Source of the DNA: Psammoneis japonica
Lineage: Eukaryota
DNA length: 62,566 nt
Assembly (NCBI GenBank): GCA_008632985.1
Contig: QPGO01000207.1
Span: forward strand, 62,001 to 124,566
Reading direction: 5' to 3'
Program-made: the position numbers and the translations under genes
Part shown: positions 1 through 13,179 of the stretch, piece after piece
Layout: every line of letters starts with the position of its first letter
How positions within the stretch are numbered: position 1 is the first letter of the stretch
Notes under the pieces: generated by a model
The model's input: the letters and a program-made list of their open reading frames with translations, nothing else
Databases searched by the model: none
What the model was told of the DNA's origin: nothing

Positions 1-62
1 AATGAAATCAGCACCCCACCCAACAGGTGGAAGTTTTTGAATCTCCGCTTCAGTCAATCTCT

Positions 63-1750
63 TCAGTTTGGCAATCTGTGGTGGGTTGCAAATTGATTGC
101 ACCTTGTTCTTAATCTTGTTCCTGCATTTTCGATTGAGTTGCATGGGAACGTTTGGTTTGTGTTTGGCACGTGCGATGAGGGCCACACACACATGTCCAT
201 GGGATGGCCGTTCATTTCATTGTGTTGCACATCAAACCATTTTTCCCACAACATGACACCCTTGTTTTTTTCTTGAAAGCAACCAAACAAGTGAGGAACA
301 ACTCCTTTGGAATCACCAGGATGCTGATGCCTGCTGTTCCATGAACTTGGATCAACCCAAGTGAGTTTTTTAACCCGCAACATCACTTGAGCGTCTTTGC
401 ACTCACAATCAAGTTGATCCCTTTCTTCTTGGTGTTGCTGCTCTTTGCTCAACCAACACCATGAAGTGGCTCCTTTTGCCTTTGGTTTTGGCCCAGAGCT
501 GTGAAGGCCAATGAGATCCTCATCCTTGCTCACTCCAGTTGTGTCTTTCTTCATGAGCTTCACATCATGTCTGTGACATGCATCTCCCACTCTCTCCCTC
601 TTCTCTGCCTTTGTGTCTCCAAGTGCTGAGTCTTCTGCACCCTTGGCTTTGTCAACTTCTTCCTGGTCACCATCTTCCTCCTCGTCCTCAGTTGATTCAG
701 CCATGGCCCCACCTTGACCTTGCTCCTCCTGGATTTTGTCTCACACACCATCATCTTCCTCCTTTTCCTCAGTTGATTCATCCATGGCCCCACCTTGATC
801 TTGCTCCTCCTGGTTTTGTCTCACAGTTGCAACCTTGCAGTGGCAGCCTCGGCCTTTTGCAGGTCATCCATCACTTCAGTGCCCTCCTTCCCCTCTTCCT
901 TTTCCTCCCCCAACTCTGCCTTCATCCTTGCATCACAGACACTGGCATGATCCATGCAACGATGGCAATGAATCCTTCTGCAAAACTTGTGCCATGCAAG
1001 TCCTGGAGCTGCCTTGCACCAGTCAGCAAGGTGAGCAAGCAGCTCTTTGCAGCAGCCCTTCCTGCTTGGTCTGGCGGGGAAGTGAACTTCAAAGATGTGT
1101 TTGTCTTCGGTGACGGCCTCCACTGACTCAGAGCATTGTTGCAGCTTGAAGTCTTTGTCTTCACTGCCAGAGGGAATCCGCAACATGTGGTTGCACCACC
1201 AACCTGCAACAATGTCAAACAATGCCTCTGATGGCAGTGTCTCACCAGGGTTGCATGGTCCAAATGAGAAAACCTTCCGGCAGCCAATCATGCAACTTGT
1301 GGGCACTTTGCATTTTACGTCGGTGGGAAGTTTGGCAATGCAGGGATCTTCCTCCATGTCATCGTCCAACTGTTCAAGCTTCTCCTTTTTGCAATGCTTG
1401 TTGTGAAAAACACAATCATCACTGTTGTCCACGTTGCCCTTCTTCAACTTCTCACAGCTGATTTGCTCTTGACGGAAAAGCTGCCCCCTTGTGAAACCTT
1501 TTCTTTTTGCAAAAGCTCAAAAGAAGTGACACAGCACACATGCCAGAGCCCTCCAACTCCATTGCACGTGTGTGGTGTGAGCCTGCAGCCCCTCATTTTG
1601 GCAAAAACAGCCTCTCAACCACAGGCAGTGGCAAAACCACCAGTGCACAAGTGGAGCAAGTGCCTTGTTTTTTTCGGTTGCCAAAACCACTCTTTTCACA
1701 TCAAGAAAATGCATCTCTCAACCAACAAAGTTTCAATGCGGTTTTGATTC
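63..1750 (-). pseudogene. Degenerate coding relic of unknown identity inside a TpA-depleted block
   Basis: Collinear minus-strand ORF pieces (821-1447, 63-704) with acidic/lysine-rich, protein-like composition. There is no Tyr but an excess of Cys/His. No family motif recognised. Confidence 0.3.
671..825. repeat. Two-copy tandem repeat, 81-bp period (27 codons)
   Basis: catcttcctcct..cctcagttgattca.ccatggccccaccttga.cttgctcctcctgg..ttttgtctcaca starts at 671 and again at 752. Confidence 0.85.
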
Positions 1751-2469
1751 CGAGTGGATCTGCGTCATTTTGGTCGTGCACTTTGCGAAGATGACGGGTG
1801 AAGTTCCGAATGGCATTTGGGAAGTTGAAGGTTAGACAGAAAGTTGTCGTGTCGTCAGTGTGTTTGCTGACATGTCAGAAAGGCCCATCACCTAATTCTT
1901 GATGACGTGTCTCAATTTTTTGAGACACTCGATCAACGTCAGAACGGTTGACGAATCTGCAGTGCGCATTTTTTGATGACTGGCTGGCGGAAAGCGAGTT
2001 CGTATCCGCATTGTCACGTCAAGCGCATTTTGGAGTCGTGGGGCATTGTTGCTCACTTCTTGTTAATCCTGCTTTCGGTGTGATTGTCAAGAAGCACACA
2101 ACTCTCAACTACAACCACTCATTCTTTACACAACAATCATGAAATGCCCTGCTCGCTTTCGTTTGTTGGCGTTGCTGAGCGTTTTGTTTGCTGCAGCGAC
2201 CGTGGTGGCTCTCACTCTGGCTCCCGTCATGGCGAGTCGCAGCCCAGTTGGCGACACGTTTTTTGCAGCCGACGATTGCACCTTTGCGCATGCGTGTCGG
2301 TGGGAGCTGAATGAACATGTCGCCAAGGCGGACTGGCCCTGCAGTGGCGTTCAATTCAGCGTCACGGCTGCATCGTCGTCAGAAGAGTCCTTTTTCATTT
2401 CCCTCAAGCTCAATCTTCATCGAGTCTGTGTCAAGGTGGCAGTCAGCAACAGCATTGCGGGTGCTGTGG

Positions 2470-5400
2470 AAAGCGCCACCGGCTTTTGATCCTGCATGAT
2501 TGCTGTGCCCATTTGACAATCGGAAGAATCAGCACAAATGTGGAAGGGTTTGTTGTGATTCGGGCAGACCCAAAGAGTGTCATCCATCATTGGAGTCTTC
2601 ACATTTTCAAAAGCCTTTTGACACTCCGGAGTCCACTCCAATTTGCTTTTGCTGTCAGCTTGGTAAGTGGAGCAAGCACATGAGAATGACGGGGCCACAT
2701 GTTTTGATGGCAGGTTGCCGCACCAACAAAAGATCGTAGTTGTGTCATGTTCTGAGGAGGTTGCATCCGCAATGCAGCATCAACCTTCTTTTTCCAAGGT
2801 TGAACTCCTGCAGGTGTGAGCCAATGGCCCAGAAAGTCTGTCTCTTGGACGCACCACTCGCATTTGAGTGGATTGACCTTGAGATCATTTTCTTCCAGCC
2901 TGGACAACAACTCATCAAGTCGACGCATGTGAGTGTCAAACGAATCATCAAATTGAGCAATGTCATCGACACAGGCCTCGACATCGAGTCCATTTGCCAC
3001 TTTTTCAATGACAGCTTGAGCAACATCGGGTGAAGTCTTCAACCCCATGGCCAGTCGGCAACACCGGAATTTTCCAAATGGGGTGACAATCGCACAAAGG
3101 TCCTTGGAATCGTCGTCCAGCTCAATGTGACAGCAAAACATGGTGAGGTCTAACTTGGTCAAAAATTTGCACCCTGATCATCGGTGTAAAACATCTTGAA
3201 CAATTGGCAGAGGGCAAACTTTCCGCTTGAGGACCTTGTTCAACTCGCGAAAGTCGGATGCCCGTCTCACTCGCCCATCCTTTTTGGGTGTTGCAAAGGT
3301 TCCTGCTGCCCATTCCGTTGGTCCCACTGGCTCTAATGCACCGACATTGCAGAGATGTTGTGGTTCCTTTTTAAAAACCGCCTCATCTCATTTGGGTGCT
3401 TCAGGGGCTTTAGAATGAAAGGGAATGGCGTTAGCATCAACTTCCAAGTGCACAGTCTCATGTGGACATTTGCCGAGAGTTCCATCAAAAAGAGTTTCAT
3501 GGTTCTCAAGTGCAACTTGAAGTTTGTCGCGCTGCTCTTTTGTCAAATGAGCTTGCGATTGCGCTGCTTTTTTGGTCGAAACCTTTTCACACTTCGCGTC
3601 TGACATGAAGGATTGATTTGACAATTCCTCATCGACATTGTCCTCCTCGTGATCGTCCAACACGTCCAACCAATTCTGCACTTGGTTCCAATGATTAGAT
3701 TGCTTCATCGGGATCGCAACATCCAGCCACTTCATGATGCCAAACCAGAAATCCAACACTGCACCAGCTTTAGCCAGGAAGTCTTGACCCAATGTCTCAT
3801 GTCATGCTTGCATGGCGAATCAAACACTTGAGCCACAATCCCATCAACTTGTTTGGACTTGTCAAATTTGGGAAGCACCAGATCCTTCACAATGACATGT
3901 CGGGAGGATTTGCATCGTTCAGCTGCTGTTTGGAAACTCAATTGTCCCTCATCATTCATCGTCAGATTGGCTCCCTTGGGCAAAACTCGAGAATGCACAA
4001 GTGTGTCAGAACCCCTTGATCCAACAATGCACGCAACACTCGCTTGCTCTCTTGATTTTGAATTGTGCGTGCTGCCATCAATGTCGCAGGCACCACTTTC
4101 AATGGTTTGGGAGTCGCAGTTTTCGGGGTTGGTGCAGCGCACTCCAAGGCGCTGCCCATTTCTTCTTCATTCATGGTGTGGGACTCCATCAGGTCCCCCA
4201 CACTTTCATCAACATCAAAACACATGTGTTCATCACAATCACACAAAACACAAAAAGATTGAGCGACACGCTCTGACTCGGGCACTTCCGTCCCTTGTCA
4301 ATTGTGCCAACTGCGTTGGCCTTGAGGAAAACGACCGCCTTGGTCGCATCCATTTCCACCTCGCATCTCGCGAGGCCCTCCTTGATCAAAATGGTGTGAC
4401 TCCATTTGCCAGCCACCAGGAGGAGCTGTTCCAGCTGGATTTCCACAGCCTTGGGTGTCACCATTGGCTTGGGTGCTGTTTTGATTTTGACAATGAGATC
4501 CTCCGCCTTGGGAATTCTGAGATCCTTGGCAGTTGCCACACCCTCGGCCACCACAATTGCCTTGATTGCCACAGCTGCCACGTCCTCAAGCTTGGAAGTT
4601 GCCACGACCTCCTTGGCCTTGTGAACCTCTGCCTTGGCAGTTTCCATGGCCTCCACCTCGACCTCCACCATGACCTCCACGGTCTGTCCTTGGTCAACAG
4701 TTTTGGCTGTCCGGATTCAAAATGCAATCCTTCCATTTGTGGTCATGATTGGCATGCACAGGGCACCCAGACTCTGGATCAGCTTGAGTGTCATTCCCTT
4801 GACTTCGCCTGGAAGCCTGAGAGGATGAAGTGTTGCTCTTTCACTTCTTGTCCTGTTTCTTGTTGTTGCCCTTGTCAGCAAAGGATTTTTCATTGTTTGT
4901 GCAGCCAATGATCTCGGCGAGACTGTCGTCAGCTGTCGATCGTCCTGCTCGAGCATGCATCTCGTGCCACGAACAAGGGAAACTGTCGAAGATCATCTTC
5001 TTCTTCTGAGCCTCATTGACTTGAGGAGCATTGCCTGGCAACTTGTTAGAATGACGAATCAAGGTCTCCATGCAATCAGCACGCGCCTGTGCTTCAGATT
5101 TGAGTGCCTTTTTCAAGGTCAGTGAGTGTTCAATCATCGCATCACGCGCCTCATTGTCACAATGAGACAAATAAAAATGACTCATCTCTTGATCAAAATG
5201 TGCAACAGTTTTGTCAGCATCAGCAACAGCATCAGTCAAATTCGCCCATTTGTCCTCAGCAGCATCAGCTGACACTTCTTCAAAATTTTCAAACAATTCC
5301 TCGCCAGTGGCAAATTCTAATTTCGCGGCGATTTTACGAAAACAATCCTCAACAAACAACAGAGCTTCAACACCATGGGTGCCATCAAAATGCGGACACT

Positions 5401-5760
5401 TTTGAGTGCAAGTGCTGCCACCATCATGCGACTGACTCAATTTCACGTCCTCCAAATCCGAATGTTCAAACTTCGCCTCACAATTGACACAGGGTTCTTT
5501 TAACGAATCACTCATCATGCAATGTGGAGCACAATTGCAAAACAGTCTTCTCCAGGGACTCTGCCTTTGACTCCAAATGATGCACTCGGCTCACCAAATT
5601 CTGCTCGTGTTGTTTGCGTTGATGCACTTGTTTCTGGTGGTCAATCGCCCAAGCTGCCGCTCTTGCTCGTAATTCTCTTTTCTCACGTTCAGTCAATCTG
5701 TTTGCATTGTTCCCAGTCTCCATCCAGTTCTTGAGTCGACTGCAATTGCAGTGCAAGGTC
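2470..5760 (-). mobile_element. Ty3/Gypsy LTR retrotransposon, 3'-truncated (gag, protease, RT, start of RNase H; integrase missing), with frameshifts and stops
   Basis: Gag-like ORF at 4841-5518, protease-like RALLD-G near 4030 and RT motifs TKLDLTMF / TPFGKFRCCRLAMG / ACVDDI / KVNPLKCEW..ETDFLGH (2599-3162). The RNase H start KPFHICADSSDCQMG..MQDQKPVA runs to ~2480, after which homology stops. Confidence 0.85.
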
Positions 5761-6412
5761 TAACAAGATAAAGACTTGAGTGATGACAAAGTACTACGGT
5801 AGATGTGCGCGCTGCGCGATTTCGATTAGATCAGCGATGCCTGAGCTGTACAGTACTCTCTCTCTAGCTAGAGCTAGAGTAGTAGTAGCTAGAGTAGTTG
5901 CCGGTAGCTCTAGCTTTTTGCTTTTTCTTGTGCATAGTCTCTACTCTAGTATAGCATTATGATGTGGTAAGATGGCTGGATTCGGAACCAATCAATTGAC
6001 AGTAGTACAATAAATCCTGGTTATGATGCTTCTGTGCTCCGGTGTCAGGTATCATCGACCAAGTAGCTACATAAGGTATGGCGTATTCATACAACCGCTG
6101 AACTCATGAAGCGCCCCGGGACATTCAAAGGCCGCTCACAGGCACTTCAAAGTAGCCCGTTACGTTGCTAAAAATCTTTTCAAAGGGAACGAGAAACCGG
6201 TCGTGCACTGCGAAAGCAACTCAGCATCGCTATGCAAAATTTCGACCGATTCACAAACTATCATAGAAGAAAATATATACGATAGGTTGGTCATGGAAAT
6301 TCAGCTATCTCCAAAAGAGTGTAAGAAATCTCTAGAGAGAGAAGAAATGAATTCTACTATTGGTAATGAATTATAACCATTTAAACAATGTTCCCTACCC
6401 CGAGGAGGAGCT

Positions 6413-7027
6413 TCAAGATTCCTCTGGCTCATTAAACACCCACTTGTGCTCCTCCCTGGCCCTAGCTTCCTCTTCGGGAGTAAGCCTAGGGAGGTTGAGA
6501 ATCTGGCGGATTTCTTCCGCGTTCTTCCCCGTAAGCTCAAACGTGACCTTGAGACAGCAAAGGTCCAAAAGCTTCTTAATGACCATGAAATTGGCAGCAG
6601 TCAAAAGATCGAAAATGGTCTCTCTTTCCAAGCCTTCGAGAAAGTTCTGGTACCACTGAGGTTTCACTATTTCCTCAAAACTTGACGCTCCAAGAGGTAG
6701 CGGGATTGGCTCCATCGGCTCTGTGAAATAAGAAGAAGAACTGGCGTAAGCAGGGATTCAAACGAGGAAACGAACAACACTTCGACCGTGAAAGGGAAGT
6801 GATACATGTACGAGACAAAAGGACTCACCTTCCACATGGTGCTTGAGGAACTCCACGATCTTTTCGAGGCAGCGGGAAGAGACACGCGGGACGCTCATCG
6901 TTTGATCGTCGTCGTCTACCGATTCGCAAACGAGCTCGGATAGCTTGGCAGCCTTGTATGGAAGCTGGAACATCTCTTCATCCTTGCTCTTGAGAAAGAT
7001 GATCGTGTCGTCCTCAAGTCCCGACAT
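6413..7027 (-). CDS. SKP1: SKP1-like protein (SCF ubiquitin ligase adaptor); exons 7027-6829 and 6720-6413
   Basis: IFLKSKDEEMF, VSSRCLEKIVEFLKHH, IFDLLTAANFM.IKKLLDLCC, GKNAEEIRQILN..TPEEE..REEHKW. A GT-AG intron at 6828-6721 joins the two ORFs in frame (HHVE-EPMEPI). Confidence 0.9.
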
Positions 7028-7915
7028 GGTTGACTTCGCGTGGCGGTGATTAGAAGCGCTGGGCTTGCAACTGTCCTTACAACTAAAACACGATTACGAA
7101 CACGACGCGGCTCGCGGGTCGTCGCCCAACGCCCAACCAACCTTCCACCTTCCTCGCTCCTCGCCCGGGCGCATCGGAAACGGAACACCGCCAAACAATG
7201 TGCGCGCGACGCGCACTACCGTACAAGTACCACTCGTTCACGGGAATGAAAAAGCGCGGGAAAGAAAAAAGGGGAAAAATCATTCGAACATCAGGCGGTG
7301 TTGGTGTGCTTGGTGATTCTGTTTGCTAGTCGTCGTAGTCTACAGTAATTCTAGAGAGTAGCTAGAGTAGAGAGTGGTCGCAGAGTTCGAGCCCATGCCA
7401 GCAGCAGCCAACGCTGATGACTGCAACCAAAGAGTTTTGTGCCTGGCAGATGGTTCCTGAGTCTGGTCGAAGAATTGAAAGGCACACAAACACGCGTGCT
7501 GCTTCTTGCTCACTCCTTTAGAGAACAAAAGTTAGCAGCTACCTTGTTCCTGGGCATCTGGCGCTCCCTCATCTTCAAAATTCTAAGCTCTCATTTTCCT
7601 CTCGCTGCGCTGTCGAACTGGGATAGAGAGAGAGATTTGTTATTCCACGTGGAAGTGAAAGAAGATCGTCCCCTTTCTACGTGGAGTAAGTTACCGTATT
7701 TATTAGTACCGCATGCGAAGCCCTCGTGACAACTCAGAGAAATCTTCACACATCCATCGCATCTCATCAGCGACAATAGATTTCCATTCGTCTTCTGTCT
7801 TCCTTGTTATTTCTGTCACAACTTGCACGACTGCCACTTTTATCAGTTATCTCTTTCTTTTCGGTCGAAACTATCACAGTCTTTGCTTTTCTTTGTTGAG
7901 AAATTTGAAAGAAGG

Positions 7916-10900
7916 ATGAGAGCTCTTGCGTTTCTCAATAGCAAGTCGTTGATAGCGTCTTTGGTCTTCGCGTCCTTGGGATGCAAGGCCTATGCGTTCG
8001 CTCCCTCTGGGCTAGGGGGCTTGAAGCCTGGTTACTCATCTGCAGGGATGCATGGGACCTTTGTAAATCCTATGTCATCATCGGTTGGGTCCTCTTTTGT
8101 GGCAAGGAATCGTCGACGATCTATTTCTGCTTCATCTGGGACGTCATTGCGAATGGCGGCAGACGATTTTAGTGAAGCGGCGTATACAGAAGCTGCATGG
8201 GCAGCGATCGCGGCACTTACCAACGCTGCAGACTTTTATCAAGCCAGTTCTGTCGAGGCACCCGTACTTTTAGACGTTTTGCTTAATCCGTCCAAGCATG
8301 GTGCAGGTGAAAACGCTGACAACGCAAAGGCGGTCGTCGAGAAAGTTCTCACCAAGGCGGGAGCAAATGTCAAAAAACTTCGTAGCGAGCTTGAAGGGTA
8401 TCTGTCCAAGCAGCCCAAAGTCAGTGACAACGCCTCCAAGGTAGTGGGAAGGGTGTTGCAGAGAGTGTTGGAGTTTGCAAGGAGCAGCAAGAGTATTCTG
8501 GGTGTGAGTCACTCTGTTTCTTATTCAGTAGCCTGTCAACGCTGGCACACGCGACCTAACCTTGTATGTGCATCTCTTCCTTACGTCAACTCTAGGACTC
8601 GTTCATCTCTACAGAAGGTTTAGTGCTTGCGCTTTGCAAGGAGGATTCCGCGTTTACCATTGATGCGTTGAAAAAGCAAGGGATCGAGTATGACGCGGTT
8701 CTAGACGCGGTCAAAACGATGCGAGAAAAATCTGGACCGGCCACCACTAGGAGCGCTGAAAATCTCTACGATGCGCTACAAAAGTATGGCATTGATTTTA
8801 CCTCACGTGCCGAAGAAGGAAAGCTGGACCCTGTGATTGGTAGGGATGATGAGATTCGCCGAGCAATTCAGATCTTGTCCCGTAGAACAAAGAACAACCC
8901 GGTTCTCATCGGGGATCCTGGAGTTGGAAAGGTAAGTCCTGTTATCAGTCGGTGGTGTGAATATGTCACTTACAACGTTCTAACTTAAAATATCTCTACA
9001 GACAGCAATTGCCGAAGGAATTGCCCAGCGCATGATTGCTGGCGATGTGCCTGACACTTTGAAACCCCCGTGTCGTCTCATCGGTTTAGACATGGGAGCC
9101 CTCGTTGCCGGGGCCACTATGCGCGGCGAGTTTGAGGAACGCCTGAAAAGTGTCCTTGAAGAGGTGACCAAAAGCGAAGGTGAAATCATTTTATTCATTG
9201 ACGAGATGCATACGATGGTCGGAGCTGGTGTAAGTTGACAAGTTCAGATTGCTTTACGTTTACTCGTTCCTCGAGGTCAATGGCATCTCATAAATTCTCT
9301 TTTCTTCTTATCAACTTCACTAGGCTGCTCAGGGATCAATGGATGCTTCGAATCTGTTGAAGCCTGCACTAGCTCGTGGGGAGCTGCGTTGCATTGGTGC
9401 TACCACAATTAACGAGTACAGGAAGTATATTGAAAAAGACAAGGCGCTGGAGCGTCGATTCCAGCAAGTCATGATCGAACAGCCCTCGCCAGAAGATACC
9501 GTTAGTATTCTTCGGGGTCTCAAGCCTCGTTACGAGCTTCATCATGGTGTTCGTATCCGCGACGAGGCGCTTCTTGCTGCAGCAAAGTTGAGTCATCGTT
9601 ACATTCCTGATCGGTTCCTTCCTGACAAAGCCATCGACCTCGTGGACGAAGCATGCGCCAAACTTAAGAATGAGCTCACTTCCAAGCCCGAAATTCTCGA
9701 TGAGATTGATCGTAGAATCATCCAGCTTGGAATGGAAAGGGTCTCCCTTCAATCCGATTTTGAGAATGCGGATGGTACCAATGCAAAGTTATCAAAAGAT
9801 GCTGGATCACGTCTGCAACGAATCGAAGAAGAGTTAGACAGGCTGCTCGTGCAACAAGACGAGCTAACAAATAAATGGATGAGGGAAAGGGGCGGTGTTG
9901 AAGAATTGAACGAAGTGAAAGAGGAAATCGCAAGAGTGAAGCTCGATATTGAGAGATGCGAGCGTGAGTTCGACCTAACACGTGCGGCGGAGCTTAAATA
10001 CTCTACTCTACCCTCCCTCGAAGCGAAGCTGGAGGAACTAGGAGATATGGCTTCTGAAGACGGTGAGGCAAACGGAGCCTCCGATGATACCTCCAGGATG
10101 CTACGGGATGAGGTTGTTGCCGACGATATCGCCAATGTAGTTGCGGTGTGGACCGGGATCCCGCCGCAGAAGTTGCTCGAGAGTGAGCGCGATCGTATAT
10201 TGACTATGGCTGACACTCTTAAGAAGCGGGTCGTCGGACAAGACGAGGCAATCGACATTGTTACGGAAGCGGTACAGCGCTCTCGTGCAGGACTGAATGA
10301 TCCGTCGAAACCTATTGCAAGCCTCATCTTCTTAGGTCCGACTGGTGTTGGAAAAACTGAACTGTGTAAGGCTCTTAGTGAATTCATGTTTGACACTGAG
10401 GAGGCCCTTGTCCGAATTGACATGAGCGAGTACATGGAGAAGCATACGGTGTCTCGGTTATTAGGAGCTCCTCCGGGCTATGTTGGGTACGACGGTAAGT
10501 CAGTTGTTGTTCTGTGCAATGCTGGATATGAGTTTTCCACTGGTGGCTCATCGCTTGCGCATCTTGTGGACTCCAGAGGGTGGTCAACTGACCGATGCTG
10601 TGCGACGCCATCCGTACTCCGTCCTTCTCTTTGACGAGATGGAAAAAGCCCACCCTGACGTCTTTAACGTGATGTTGCAGCTTCTCGATGACGGGCGACT
10701 AACCGATAGCAAGGGAAACGTCGTCAGCTTCCGAAATACAATTGTGATCTTCACCTCCAATATCGGCAGCCAAGAAATTCTAGAGCTGAATGATCCAATG
10801 GATATGAAGGCGAGGGTGACAAAGGCTATGAAAGATCACTTTAAACCAGAGTTTTTGAACCGAATCGATGAGTACGTCATCTTCAACAGCCTCTCGAAGG

Positions 10901-11229
10901 AAGACTTGCGTGGCATCGTCGAGCTGGAAATCAAGCGCCTCGAGAATCGTTTGTCGGATCGACAAATGAAGATGGAAATGAGCCCGGATGCACTGGACTA
11001 CCTTGCTGACATTGGCTTTGATCCTGTATATGGTGCACGTCCACTAAAGCGCACGATCCAACGATCTCTCGAAACCGTTGTCGCGCAAGGAATCCTCCGT
11101 GGTGACTATTCGGATGGTGACACAATCGGAGTGTACGTCGAAAACGAACGGCTTAAAGTGGACAAAATCGGGTCGGGCAACGCTTTTGCTGACGAGACGG
11201 AAGAGAGTTTGTTTGGAGCGTATGATTAG
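7916..11229 (+). CDS. clpB: Plastid-targeted ClpB/Hsp100 disaggregase; 5 exons (introns 8504-8595, 8932-9001, 9230-9323, 10495-10576)
   Basis: Signal peptide followed by [21 protein letters not shown], Walker A GDPGVGKT and [15 protein letters not shown], a middle coiled-coil, [11 protein letters not shown] and GARPLKR. All four introns are GT-AG and restore the frame. Confidence 0.95.
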
Positions 11230-11681
11230 ACCAACGGTATTCGTCCTCTCGACATCTTCGTTGAGGAGGCGATGCACTTCCGAGATGCTGTGACTTAAAA
11301 TTAGAGACAACCTTGAGACGCATACCTAACTTGCCTTCCCCTAACCGGTGTATGAGGGTAACGAGGACATCAGATAATGTGCACATTGCTGTCAACTTTG
11401 CTTTGATCATCTTTGAGATAAATGCTGAGGATTCCGCTTCGATACCGGTACTTAAGAGGACGATGTAGAAAAAAATAATGCACACACCTGGTCACGACAG
11501 AAAGAGCCAGAAGACACGACTTCGACAAATTACTCTCTACTAGCTAGAGAGTAGAGAGTAGGTAGAGAGGTCGGTATTGTTACAAAATTAAGAGATATTT
11601 CTCGACAATTTTCTGCCTCTTTTCAGGGCACCGCCTTCCGCAATGACCACAAATTCCGAGATATAATATGATACAATGCAT

Positions 11682-12778
11682 CTATTGTTCAGCCGTTAAA
11701 GGGTATGAAACTTCACATGCTTCTCCGTCGTGAGAGTTCGTCAAATCAAGATCAGTCTGTAGATTTGCCATTGTTTTCACATGTTGGGCTTCATCGAGTT
11801 TTATTTGAACAAACACATCTGTCGTAGGCCAGTGCAATCGCTGTGAGTTGAAATGGAGTGTACTGAGAAAGATGCTTAAGATGACGACACGTACCATACA
11901 AGTTATTGATGACAGGCCTTCGTGGCTCACAGGTACCTGTCTGGAACTCATCAAACATATACCTACAAGACCAGACGAGCATACAAACAAAAGCAAGAGT
12001 CAGGTGCGTCGTCCTAACTCGTGCGGAACAGCAATCAAAGAATACATGATATCTGAACTTACAAGTCTCCTCCGCCGTAGTACTCTTTGGCAACTTCCGG
12101 GGCCGGGAGCTTCTTGAGTTCCTCTTCGTTCTCCTTCAAGAAGTTGTCGTATACCGCAAAAGCATGTTCTTCCACGTTTTGGTTGATATTGTAAGCGACA
12201 GTGGGATTGTAGATGTAGAGTATGCAAACCAGGGCAAAGTAAGTGACAGCAATGTGTTGTGTAACGAATCGATCAAACCAGCGGTCTGCGCCACCGAGCT
12301 CTTCCATAATTAGTAGGTGGTGTAGTTCATTCCACGACTCTGCAAAGTGAATCTTGAGGTATTTTGCCTTGCGCCAAATCCCAAGCGTCTCGTACAGGTG
12401 AAGAACCGACAAGTACGAAAAATAAGGCACTCGTGCAATGTTTTCAAGAGCCCAGAAACGAGCATAAGCTCTGTCCTTGCCTGCGAAAATGGTGTCAAAC
12501 ACGATGTTTTTGATAAAGCCCACGGTGGCGTGGTTGAATTCCTTCATTTCTTCAGACACTGGAGCGCCAAAAGCGGTGGACGGATTCGTGACAGTCTTTT
12601 TCAGCTCGTCGGAATCAGTGGCGCTGACGTACAGAGGTGATGATAGCTCACGGTAGCGCGTGACGCCAAATCTCATGCCTGCTGAATATCGAGTTGTTGT
12701 CAAGAACGCATCAGACGTTTTCGAGCACACAAACAGGATTCCCCACAAACACAAAGCAGGTACGCCAGAAGAAAACAT
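11682..12778 (-). CDS. PTOX: Plastid terminal oxidase (PTOX/IMMUTANS, AOX family); 3 exons (introns 12062-11963, 11894-11819)
   Basis: Signal peptide followed by SDA-FL; di-iron motifs LENIARVPYFSYLSVLHLYETLG, ESWNELHHLLIMEELGG, VEEHA and DEAQH. Splicing yields GGDLYMFDEFQT and NLYDVFVQI. Confidence 0.92.
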
Positions 12779-13179
12779 GGCGGAGATTAAAATGACGGCG
12801 TTGATAATCTACTTCTATGAAAGCTGCAACAGCACAAAGGGATAGTGTATGTGTGGATTTTGATGGCGAAAACGAAAAGAAAAGAACGCAGAAAAATGCG
12901 ATCGCAGTATGTTTGGTACACAATACCTCGTAGAAAAGACAAAATGCCGGCCGTATGCCTTCAAGATACTGTACGACTGCATCAGGATATGAGCTCAAAA
13001 CCGCAAAAACGACAAAACGACAAAACGACAACCGACAGCAATCGCATCAGAGACAGAGAAGATAGCGGGCGACCTTACCCTACCGGTAACCACGACAAGG
13101 CTTGTTGCCACGGCGTACGGGGACTTGGGAGGCTCTGTTAACTTGCTTAGTTTAGAAATTATTTTGTGCGACTGACAAA
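12779..13179. promoter_or_regulatory. Probable bidirectional promoter region between the divergent PTOX and bL21 genes
   Basis: Head-to-head start codons about 400 bp apart. Inferred from arrangement only. Confidence 0.4.

Noticed and set aside
5761..6060. 5' LTR of the Gypsy element
   Set aside because: The position fits, but there is no second LTR in the window and no convincing termini or PBS.
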